Assembly (NCBI RefSeq): GCF_026210795.1
Contig: NC_089433.1
Coordinates: 1,426,001-1,490,000 of the forward strand
Direction of reading: 5' to 3'
DNA from: Rhizophagus irregularis
Lineage: Eukaryota
Length of the DNA: 64,000 nt
The notes below the pieces were generated by a model. The model saw only the letters and a program-made list of their open reading frames with translations, ran no database searches and was not told where the DNA came from. Within the stretch, counting starts at the first letter, position 1; every line of letters begins with the position of its first letter. Below, piece after piece: positions 53,013 through 64,000 of this stretch. The translations under genes were made by a program, and so were the position numbers.

Positions 53013-56000
53013 TGTGATATGTACATGATGTGTCACCGTTTTTCTACATTTCTACTACACATATCGGGTACCTGATATGTGTAGCATTGTTAAATATCAT
53101 ACACATATATCACATATATTGTACACATATCAGGTACCCGATAGGTACCCGATAGTATTAATTTTGACCAGTGAATGGCAGGTCTGTCTGATGTACTACA
53201 AATTATGATAGCAGATCTATCAGATAAACAAATTACGATAACAGCAGGTCTGACTGATATACTACAAACTACGATGGCAAGTCTGTTTGAAATTATATTG
53301 TTAAGGAAAAGAAAGGACAAAGAGTCCACCAAAAGCAAAGAAGAAAAAAAGGTCAAATTAACTCCAGCAGACAACCCGAAAGAAAAAGGTAAAAAGTATA
53401 TACTATTATATATATTATCATTTTAAAAGTTGAGAACTATCTCATATTATATAAATTTATTATTAATTTTTTTTTATTTATCAGACACAATCGAAATTCT
53501 TTTAGAAGATCATTACGAAGTCCAACAGTTCTTAGAAATGATTCCCGCTAATGCTTTGAAAAACGGATTAGTTGTTTTAAAAAGTATAAATGGCAGAAAA
53601 TTGTAAATAACTTATTTTAGATATAGATAAGCAAAAATTAGCTGCCGTTCTTCTGTTAAAATCTCTTAACATAAAACTGACATTTTCATATCTGAGAAAA
53701 ATTTTATAGAAATGAAACAGAAGAGATTTGAAGACAATCCCTATATATTTCAGCGATTACTTGCTGATTCAGACAATAGCAACAATAATACAACAATAGG
53801 GATCAAACTTTTATATAAAGAAAAGATAACTGGTGAAAATCTTAAGAAAGATATATTAGTCGTTGCATAGTTAATATATCATTTAAAGACAGTCCAAGAT
53901 CATTTACCTTATAATCCCCCAATGATGCAGCCTAATTATAACAATAAAAAATATATACAAAACCTCTAAGAATACTTTAACAATTATTTAAATAAAGGAA
54001 TGGAATTTGATGGTTCCAAAATAAATGGAGCTATTCCTTTTGTGAGAAATATTGATGATGATAATAATTTTAATTTAAGAATTAATTCCATTTCTGACAA
54101 AATAGATGGTAGCAATATGTCTTCGTTAATAGAAGACATGCTTGTAGTTTTAGATGAAATCAAATCAGAAAATGAGATAACTGAATTAACAAGACAGCGA
54201 AATGCAAGAAAATACGCATATTTTTATGAATTATATAAGATGATATTAGAAACAGTCGCTTCAGAGCCAAAAAAATTTGGCGAAATAAATGCATTAAAAG
54301 CTAAGAAAAAACTTGAGGGGAGAAGAAAGAAACAGAAGAAAAAACTGAATTAGAAAAGTTTCTAAAAAAAGCTGAAGAAAAACTAACGTAAAAACAATAG
54401 AGAAGTTACAAAACTTCAGCCGAAAGAATAAATAGGTTGTGGAATACAAGCAATAAAAGTTTTGCGATTTTTGATTTGATAACCGTTCTCACACCTAATT
54501 TATTTGAACGACTACCAAGTAAAGAAAGTGCGAAACAGTAGTTTACAATAATCAAAAAAGGAATCTATTATACCCATCAGGAGTATAAGGATATCCAAAA
54601 GCAGCAAAAGGAGGAGAAGAAAATTATTGATGATGACAGTAATAGTAGCAACAGTAATAGCAGCAGCAGTAGTAGTAATAATAATAGTGAAAGTGAAAGG
54701 GGATAGGGACTAGGAAGGGGAAGAGGACGAGAAAGGGAAAAAGGATGAGAAATGGGAACAGGAAGAGGAATGGGAATGGGAAGAGAAAAAGGGAATAAAG
54801 CTAGTAGTAGTAGTGATAAAGGAAAGGAAAAAGTAGTCTAAGGAAATAAATATCTTTCATTATTATTATAATAAAATATGTATATTTTTTATTTTCCATT
54901 TTTTAGTTCTATAAATAATAATATAATATAATATAATAAATAAATCGTCATATTTACTATTCACAAAACACATGTTATAAATTTTATTTACTATTAAAGA
55001 GTTTATAAAATAGCCGTAAGTTTGATGTATCTCACAGTATTCTTTTTAATAAATTATAGCAATGTTTTTTATTTATTAAATAGGATTTTAAAATGTAACT
55101 AACGGTGTAAACGGTCAAATATCAAGCATGAAAAGATGATAAAATTCAATCACCAAATGTAATTGCCAAATATTAGGAACGAACAAATTAATTATGAATT
55201 GGCGTAGATGGATAAATAATTAGCCAAAAAGGATAAACATTTAGGAAAAGTAATGATCTACATGATGTAATATTTATTGAATGATTAACAAAGAACCAAT
55301 AGAATAATTAGAGTTGATCAATTGCGGCTTAGCAATCTTTAACAATAGGAACAATTAGAAGGGATAATTATAAGCCACAAAAGATGGATTATAAGCAAAA
55401 CACATAAAGTGGAAAGATAGCGAATTAAAAGAACATATAAAATAATGTCAGAAAGATTAAAGAACATAAAATAATATAAAAAGATAGTATAAAGACGGAA
55501 TATAAAAGATAACATATTAAAAAAGAACATATATAAAAAGATAACATGTTAAAATAGAAGATACATGCATATTAAAAATAGCATATTAAAAGATAGTGTA
55601 TTTAAAATATAGATAGCATATTAGAAAGATAGTTCAAAGATAATATATAAAAAGAACATAAAAGATAGTATATAGATAGCATATATTAGAATAGAAAGAA
55701 TTATAAAATTTGTATAAATAGAGAGCGGAATTCAAGGTAATTCCACAGTTCTCATCCACAGAACTCAATAAAAATATAAGTTTCATTTAATTATTTGTTA
55801 GTAAAGTTTAATGTTAATTAAAAGTAATAGGTTCGCCCTAAACTTTAATTAATGTTTGCTTAATTAATTTTAATTGAATAAAATGAAAATTTTAAGATGA
55901 ATTAAATATACACCTTTGGAAAGTAATACTTCGTAGCGAGAGCTATCGAAGTTTGAAATTAAAGGTAAAGTGGATAAAAATTGGGGAAAGTTTAGAGAAG

Positions 56001-57440
56001 TTAAATTTAATTTTATGTCGCTTGATGTTTTATATTACTAACGCTATTTATTTCGTGAACCAAGAATGTTGTTTTATGTTGTTGTTTATTAACTTGTTTA
56101 TTCGTTTAATTGTTCGTTCGTTTGTTTATTCATTCGTTCGACCATGAGAATACCCGTTCGATGTGGCAACTCTGTAAATTGATGACAGAGGGAATAGGGG
56201 GATCTCAACGGTTTAAAAATTTATATACATACGATTCGATCGTAAATAATAAGTTAAAACTATTAATACTTTTAATAATAATAAATAAATGCTTAATAAA
56301 GTGTGTTATTATACAGTATATATTTGTATCTGTAATTCACCAGATTTTCTGGATGACAAATGAGAAGAATAAAACTACCACTATATATATAATAATTATT
56401 ACGTTTCTAATACAGTCAGCTTGCATTATAACAAATTTTGATTTAACGAATTATTGTGATACAGATTTTATTGTTTGGAGCAAAGCAAAGGACTATATGT
56501 GTTATATCAAATAGTATTACGTGACGATATTTGGAAATTTCGTGCTATATCAGATTAAATAAATTTGTGATATATTAGATAAACAAGATAAAGGTTTATT
56601 TATAATCTTTTTTTGCATTCAAATTTAATTAACAATTTGCGTACACTTTTTAATGTAACACAATTGTAAAATGATCACGTGTTAGCACATATAGAATAGG
56701 ATCAACATTTATTTATATATGCAAATTGTTTAAATGCCTTTTTTTTTGCTGACTTATGATAGTTTCCGTTTCCTAGTCATATGAATATTTACTATTTAAA
56801 TGCTGTAATGAAATAAACTGTATAAATTATTTTTTACTTGTAGAAAAAAAAGAATATTCATATTTTTTACCACAGTGTATAAGACTCACGTAAGTACATT
56901 TTTTCTACAGTTTTAATATACTCACATACTCTATAAAAAATATACATACAGTTAGTATACTGTATTTTCGTATTTTGTGAATAGTATATTTATAGTATTA
57001 TTACTGTATAATTACAGTATTTTCACATACTGTATATATTTAGTATTCTGCACACCGTATCATATATACGGTTTGTATACAGTATATTTTTCCAGTTTCA
57101 CCCGTATATTTTATACTTGTAAATAGTAGAAAACCCGTATATTTTATACTAATAAACAGTATATTGTTTTATATTTTATATTGTGAACAGTATACTTTTC
57201 TAGGATAAACCGTATATTTTATACTGATAAACAGTACTTTTTTCCAGTTTAAACTGCATATTTTGTACTGATAAATAGTATATATTATTCAATTAAATCG
57301 TATATTTTATATTTGCAAACAGAATTTAAAATGCATTTATAATCAATAAAATTTTTATTAAATAATATTAAATATATAAATATTTTTTATAAATAATATA
57401 AATAAAAACTAGTATAAAATAATGAAAATTTCTAAGTTTA

Positions 57441-57673
57441 CATGGGGTGTTTGTACACAGGTCATATAAATATAATTTTTAATAGACTAATTTTTTGTTT
57501 TTTAATTTGAAATTGAATGCTACCGACATTATACTCTTTTACGTTTTATTCTTATTATATTACAGATAAATATATGTATTTTCACCTGCTTTGCAAGTTT
57601 ACTTAAGGCATTAAAGGAGGTTTTGAATGCCGTTTTTAATCTACTAATATGACCTGTGTTTAAACATCCCGTA
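57441..57673. mobile_element. TA-flanked MITE (Tc1/mariner-like)
   Basis: ta|catggggtgtttgtacacaggtcatat ... atatgacctgtgtttaaacatcccgta|ta. Confidence 0.65.
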
Positions 57674-58451
57674 TACAAATAGAAATTGCCTAAAATAATA
57701 TACTATTTGTAAAAAAAATAATATTAGCAAAATATAAACAAAAAAAAAGAAATTTAATTAGTAATATTATCATTATTTTAAATATAAAAAAGGAATAATA
57801 AAAGATTAGTAAAAAAAAAGAAATTTAATTAGTAATATTATCATTATTTTAAATATAAAAAAGAAATAATAAAAAGTTAGTAATATTATTAATATATTAG
57901 TTAGATATAAAAAAGTAATAAAACGATAGTAGTAATATTAGTAATATATTAAAAAAATTAAATAAAATACATAAAAGTAAAAAAAAAATATAATTAATAT
58001 ATGTTAACATATAATATTAATATAAAAATAAAAGCATATATAAAAAGGTGTACATATAGTTGTTAATTAATATTGTTAAAATTTACCATTACAATTCCAG
58101 AGAGATATTAGTGAAAGTAATTGATATACGTGTATATCACTTTTTGTATAATTAGTAGTTTGGTACAAATATATATATTGTATATTATTAAAATAAGTTT
58201 TTTATTTAATTTTTATTATTATATGTTAAAATAGTTTTGGTATTCATTTTTATTGTCTTTTTTTTTCTAAAAAAAAGAAGAGAAAAGAATATTTTTGATA
58301 AAATAAACAAAAAATAAACAATAATGTGTTATTAATACATATGATCAGCGATCAGCTGAATTTTAATTGGTTAAATATAGAAATGCGAAAATTAAAAAGC
58401 AGAAAAATTTAAATCATACAAATTGTTTTTAAAGTTTAATTAGTAATTTAA

Positions 58452-59386
58452 GGGTAGGGTCTTTTGATCATATGGTTACACATATGTAACATAATGTCGA
58501 TCATGGCCAATTGATTCTTTTATCGATTAAAAAAAAGTGTGACAAAGCCAAGCCACTAAAGAAACATATTATTATTGTTTAAATTTTTTATTTCCGTATT
58601 TTTAAAGAGTTGTTATACCTGGTTTAATTAGTTTTTTTAGTATATGCTTTATTTTCAAAAAGTTTTACTTATCAAGAGTTCAGTTGCAAGTTGCTCATTA
58701 TACCTTAAAGTTGCTCATTACTTACGCTAACTCAGTCAGTTTGCGTTATTTTCTTACCAAACTTAAAACCAAACAGTCTGGCTTCTTTATCTACAAATTC
58801 ACCTATACAATAATATAATGGTAAGATAGATTTTTTGAAAGTTTACTATAAGCTATTCCTTAAATTTATAGTTCTATATTGTTCTATTTTTAGATTTCTA
58901 GTAGTTTTCTAATTATTACTTTTTTTCATTATGGATAGATTATACATATTTAAATGATAGTAATTATGAATAAGCATATTGCATTGGAGTTATCAAGGAG
59001 CGGGTTATTGTTATTAAAAAGTGATCTATTTATTTTTTGGATAAAGAATCAAAAATCATTTACTGAGAGCGCTTAAATATTAATTTTTATTGTAATATTT
59101 TTTTTTTTGTAATTTATCTTACAAAATAAAATAATTATAATCATTATAAACGACAAATTAGTGAAACTGTGAAAATTTCTGTTTAATTGTAAAATAAAAT
59201 AATGAAGTTTTTTTCAATTTTTTCTTTGATTTTTCTTTCGTGCGAAGTATTTCTTAAAAAATTGTCATGTGAAATTGATTGATTTTATTGGCTATTATTG
59301 TTGATCATCACATGAAATACTATTTTTAAAATGTTATACAAGTTGATCATTGAGTTAACTACGGAGTCAACAAAAAGACCCTACCC
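58452..59386. mobile_element. Non-autonomous TTAA-targeting element with GGG..CCC termini (Kolobok-like)
   Basis: ttaa|gggtagggtcttttg ... caaaaagaccctaccc|ttaa. Confidence 0.75.
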
Positions 59387-59399
59387 TTAAAAAATTTGT

Positions 59400-61720
59400 A
59401 AAAATTTTTCTTAATACTGCTTAATTTTTAAATTAAAGCCTTAATACTAAATTAGTTAAATTAGAATTAAGAAAAATTTGAGAGAATTTTCTTTAATACT
59501 GCTTAATTTTTAAATTAAAGCCTTAATATTAAATTAGTTAAATTAGAATTTAAGAAAAATTTGCAAGAATTTTCCTTAATACTGCTTAATTTTTAAATTA
59601 AAGCCTTAATACTACTAAATTAGTTAAATTAGAATTAACATATAGGCTGATTTATGGAATTAAGTTTTTATATTCAAAAACTAACTTTATTAAGCAAATG
59701 CAAATACAAGTTACATGAAAATGATAGATTCATACCAGCTGACATAAATAAAATTGATTTGATTATATTATTTTTTGATTTTTTTTAATAATATCATTAA
59801 AATTAAAAAATTTAAATATAATTATCATGACAAAATATTGAATAACTTAACGTGTATATGTGCTAGACAAATGAATTTATATTCATTAGAAAGAGGTAAT
59901 CAAGAGCTATCTATAAACCAAATATCGCATGAATTGAATCACAAATTGCGTAATAATTACGTTCAATATATTTATTTTTAACTTTTGACTTTGTTCGTTA
60001 ATATCTTCACATTTAGTAATTCAATTTGAATGATCTTTTTTCTTTCAGGTAATTTAGGTTCTGGGCTTTCATATGAATATAAATATATGTGTTTAGTATG
60101 CATGTACACTGAGATATTAACAATTTTGTTAATTGAATAAAACTCTGATACAAAAATTTTTAAAATTATAATTCTTACAAAAGATGATCTTTACAGGTAT
60201 TATTGAGTTCTTTTTACTTTACTTAATAAGGTTTTATTTGCTATTTCTGTTTTAAATTGAATAAATTAATAAAATCAATTTTAAAAAGTAATTAACAAGT
60301 AGAATAAAATCAGTATAGTAAAAAACAAAAAAAAACATCTTAAAAACTCTAAAGCATAACTCACATTTTTATTTTGTATATATTTTTACTAAAAAAAAGA
60401 AAGGAACTAAGGTTAAAAATAAATGAAAAAAGATTTTTCTTATTAATATAAATTATTAATATTTGTTTTCTTACTTACTGATTAAAAAAAACCTGCTATA
60501 TATACCTATAAACTTTTCTAAGTCACTTAACAAAAATCTGATTGAAAAGTAATTGAAAAGTAATTGAAAAAGAAAGTAGTTGCTATTGTTATTTTTGAAT
60601 AAATGTTAAAAATTTTTTTTTATTTTTTGATAGATTTAGATCATCTGATTATGTAACATATAATTTAAGCTTGTGAAACATAATTTTTGTTAAAATGTGC
60701 AAATCTTTATGAAAATCTTAATTTTAGCTAATTTCACAAATTGACAAATATAAGCAGTATTAAGAAAAATTCGCAAGAATTTTCCTTGATACTGCTTAAT
60801 TTTTAAATTAAAACCTTAATACTACTAAATTAGTTAAATTAGAATTAAGTAGGACCCCGGACATTACATATATAACTCATAACTGATCTGCATGAATTTA
60901 AGTACTTTTTGCTTCTGCTAAAATAGACCTAATTTGCCAAAAATCAAATTATTACATTTCAAATCTATACTAATTTGCTAAAACTCAAAATATGAGTTAA
61001 TAATCGTTTTTTTTATTATCAATAAAAAAATAAATGATTAATATAAATTAAACTGCCAATTTTTATAATTAAAATATGTAGATTATAGATAAAATAATAA
61101 TTAATAAAAATAATAAATCAAATAAATAATTATTAAAAAATAAAATGTTGCGAAACTAAACGGACAGTTTTTGGCACGCATTATACTTAATTTTAGCCAG
61201 AATTATACTTAATTTTAGCTAAAATATAACCCGGACCCCGAAACTAATATTTTTAAAAATATTATTTATAAAGTTAAAAAAAAAGGATAAGTTAAATTTA
61301 AAAAAAAGTACCAATTTGCTCAAATATAAAATATGACTTTGTAAAATCAATACAATTTGCTAAAACTCATAATTATGACTATTAATTAATTTTCAATCAA
61401 TTTGCTCTATCTAAAATTATGAGTTTAACCTAATTTTGATTGAATTTGCTAAAACTCAAATGTGAGTTATATATGTGATGTCCGGGGTCCTAATTAAGTA
61501 GTATTAAGAAAAATTTGCAAGAATTTTTCTTGATACTGCTTAATTTTTAAATTAAAACCTTAATACTAAATTAGTTAAATTAAAATTAAAATCTTAATAC
61601 TAATTTATAAAAATGATTTATAATTGAGTTTTGAATTTAGTATTATCAATCAGACTTTGAACTTAAAAATTAAACAGTATTAACAAAAATTCTTGCGAAT
61701 TTTTTAATAATTGTGATTTT
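59400..61720. repeat. Dispersed and tandem ~85-bp repeat (aatactgcttaatttttaaattaaa(g/a)ccttaatactaaattagttaaattagaattaag), split by a MITE
   Basis: Three tandem copies at 59400-59640, further copies at ~60780 and ~61520, and inverted fragments at ~60750 and ~61670. Confidence 0.75.
60851..61491. mobile_element. MITE with AGGACCCCGGACAT TIRs and 8-bp TSD
   Basis: TSD AATTAAGT at 60843-60850 and 61492-61499. Internal aatttgctaaaactc repeats. Confidence 0.9.
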
Positions 61721-62219
61721 ACATCAGTAAGTTTTTGGGTAGTACATATTAGTGGTTACTAGTATTGTTTGATGCTTTAAAGTGTAGAAAAACTTACCCT
61801 ATCACACGTCAAATAAATAAAAATTGGCAAAAAAATCAGATAGCCAATTTTTGGCTATATTTGTTTAATTTGTAGCTTTTTGTAGCTGATTTTTTAGCAC
61901 GAATTGACAAAAATTAGATATACCAATTTTTAAATTGCATATTCAAATCGGACTGCTGATTTTAGCTATATTTGTCTGATTTGTGACTTTTTACAGCTGT
62001 ATTACCAATTCTTAACTACATTTTTCAGTTTTTTTACTATACAAAAAAATTGTATATACATTATAAAATATATATTTTTATAAAAAATTATATTGTAATA
62101 TTGAATTAAATTTTAAAAAATATTTTATTAAGTAATATTAAATAAAAAACTAATCTTAAATAATTAAATTTTAAACAAAATACATTTAAAAATATAAATT
62201 TACTTGTAATTCAATGTAA

Positions 62220-62920
62220 TACGCACAATTATAAAAAATTAATAACTCCACAAATATTAACTGTACTTTCATTAAAATAAATATTCAAGTAGATTCTAAG
62301 CTGCTGAACAATTTTCAATTAATAAAAGAAGTCAATTTACTTTGGCTAAAATGCTCAAAATACGCTCTGAAGTGACAAAACAGAAAAAAATAAAATTCGT
62401 AAATGAGTACCGTTGTGAAAATTATGAATAACTCATCAAGTATTAACTGTACTTTTATGAAAATTAATATTCAAGTAAAATTTGACATGCTAAACAACTT
62501 TCAATTAATATAAGAAGTTGTTTTACTTTGGATAAAGTGCTCAAAATACGCTCTGAAGTGACAAAACAAAAAAAAATAAAATTCATAAATGAGTACTGTT
62601 GTGAAAATTGTGAATAACTCATCATGTATTAGCTGTACCTTCATGAAAATTAATATTTTTAAGTAGATTTTAACCTGCTGAACAACTTACAATTAATATA
62701 AGAAGTTGATTTACTTTAGCTAAAGATCTCAAAATACGCTCTGAAGGTAAAAAAATTTGTAACTTAATACTACTGTATTATATAAAAAATGTAAATAATT
62801 CCAAAAATATTAAGTGTACTTTTATGAAGATTAATATCTTAACAGTTTTAAACTTACTGAACTACTTTTAATTAAAAGAATAAGATTTACTTTAGCCAAA
62901 ATGCTCAAACCATACTTTGA
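62220..62920. repeat. Tandem repeat with ~186-bp unit, about 3.7 copies
   Basis: ctcaaaatacgctctgaag recurs at ~62354, ~62540 and ~62728, with a degenerate copy at ~62903. Confidence 0.85.
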
Positions 62921-62999
62921 AATATGTGTAAAAAAAATATAATATTTGTTTATATTTTAAATTATGAGTTATTTAATTTAAATGTGTTTATATTTAAGA

Positions 63000-63294
63000 A
63001 GAACCCCGGATATCTCCAAAACAGGTCATAAGTCACACTTTCGGCAGATTGGCCCATTTTTCGGGCTTTAAAAATCGTTTTTTGTAAATATCTCGGCATC
63101 CAGTGGTCCAATTTTGATGAACTATTTTTTAAATTGTAGAGCTAAATGAGGGCTACAAAATAAAAAAAAGTTCATTAAAATTGAATTACTGGATGCTGAG
63201 ATATTTACAAAAAACAATTTTTTGAGTTTCAGCAAAAAGGGGTGTTTTTGGCCAAAAGTCCATTATGACCTTTATATTAGATATCCGGGGTCCT
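63000..63294. mobile_element. Second copy of the 23308-23603 MITE
   Basis: Near-identical sequence. TSD ATTTAAGA at 62992-62999 and 63295-63302. Confidence 0.9.
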
Positions 63295-64000
63295 ATTTAA
63301 GAAAAAAAATATTTTAATTCTATTTTATAAAGTATTTAAAAAATATTTTAGTAAAGTTTTTTATAAAAAAATAATTATAACTGAAATAAAAAAAAAATCT
63401 AAGTTAATAAATAAATATTAAACCGTAATACATAATCACATGTTATATATTAAAACTAGGAAACGGGAACCGTTGTAAGTCCGGAGCGAGGTATAATAAA
63501 TAAAGATGTAGCGATATTCTACTAATTAGCAGCATAACGCCTTGGAATTCCTGGACAGAGAAACTCACGTGATTGAAAATTTACACGTTATTTCCATAGA
63601 TCATCATAGTGCGTAGACATATATAGTCCTTCGCTTCGCTCCGGACAATCAGAAATTTTATATTAAAATTAAAAATCCTATTACAAATAGCCAAAAATTG
63701 GCAATTTCATGTTAAAAATCAGAAATATTATATTAAAATTGCCAAAAAATCAGACAGCCATATTAAAAAGAGCAAAAATCTGATTTTTATTTATTTGACC
63801 TGTGTATATCTGTAGAAAATATGTTATAAACGTATGAATTTTAATATACTGTAGAATAATACGTATACCGTATCCTTCATTTACAATATTTTTGTGAACT
63901 ATATACAAAATACTGATATACAGTAGAAATGGTATACGTTATAGACATATAAATTTAATATACCGTATCATACAGTATGTTTACTATATATTTTATTATA

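Larger units (their letters stand above)
44909..53173. mobile_element. CMC/CACTA-like non-autonomous element with CACTG..CAGTG termini and 3-bp TSD; carries a satellite plus nested hAT and MITE
   Basis: aat|cactggtcaaaatcaattctatcgggtac ... gtacccgatagtattaattttgaccagtg|aat. Subterminal atatcgggtacc repeats at both ends. Confidence 0.85.
44719..54840 (+). pseudogene. Decayed gene of unknown function, split by the CACTG element
   Basis: ATG at 44719 (MSQLLPEY..). The ~33-bp coding repeat atggcagg(t/c)..tcagatgta..caaattacgata continues across the 44908/53174 junction. Downstream fragments 53175-53426 and 54000-54353 and a Ser/Gly-Arg-rich tail carry in-frame stops. Confidence 0.55.
61803..63804. 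mobile_element. CMC-like non-autonomous element (CACA(C/G)GTCAAATAAATAAAAAT TIR, 3-bp TAT TSD) containing a tandem repeat and nested MITEs
   Basis: tat|cacacgtcaaataaataaaaat ... atttttatttatttgacctgtg|tat. Confidence 0.75.

Overview
Very AT-rich eukaryotic nuclear DNA with short GT-AG introns. The gene content (MATA-type HMG box, SAM methyltransferase, Crinkler-like and PrimPol-like relics, intron-containing hAT transposase) points to an arbuscular mycorrhizal fungus (Glomeromycotina); this is an inference. Four apparently intact genes: (1) a multi-exon SulP/SLC26-STAS-cNMP-binding transporter of the yeast Vsb1/YGR125W type (3497-7861 +); (2) a class I SAM-dependent methyltransferase (12537-13643 +); (3) a 101-aa prepro cysteine-rich secreted peptide with Kex2-type KR sites (16065-16370 -); (4) an intronless MATA/ROX1-like HMG-box factor (33360-34547 -) in a large TE-poor island. 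Most of the rest is nested mobile-element relics, many with termini and target-site duplications (TSDs) readable in the sequence. These include a near-intact hAT element (48157-52030) inside a CACTG-ended element (44909-53173) that also carries a ~2.7 kb ~81-bp satellite with higher-order structure, a LINE relic, a degenerate hAT, MULE-, Kolobok- and CMC-like non-autonomous elements, and at least five MITEs sharing AGGACCCCG-like termini with 8-bp TSDs, plus a candidate decayed parent at ~19.6-22.9 kb. No rRNA, tRNA or CRISPR array is supported. Family assignments come from motif recognition by eye, not from database searches.
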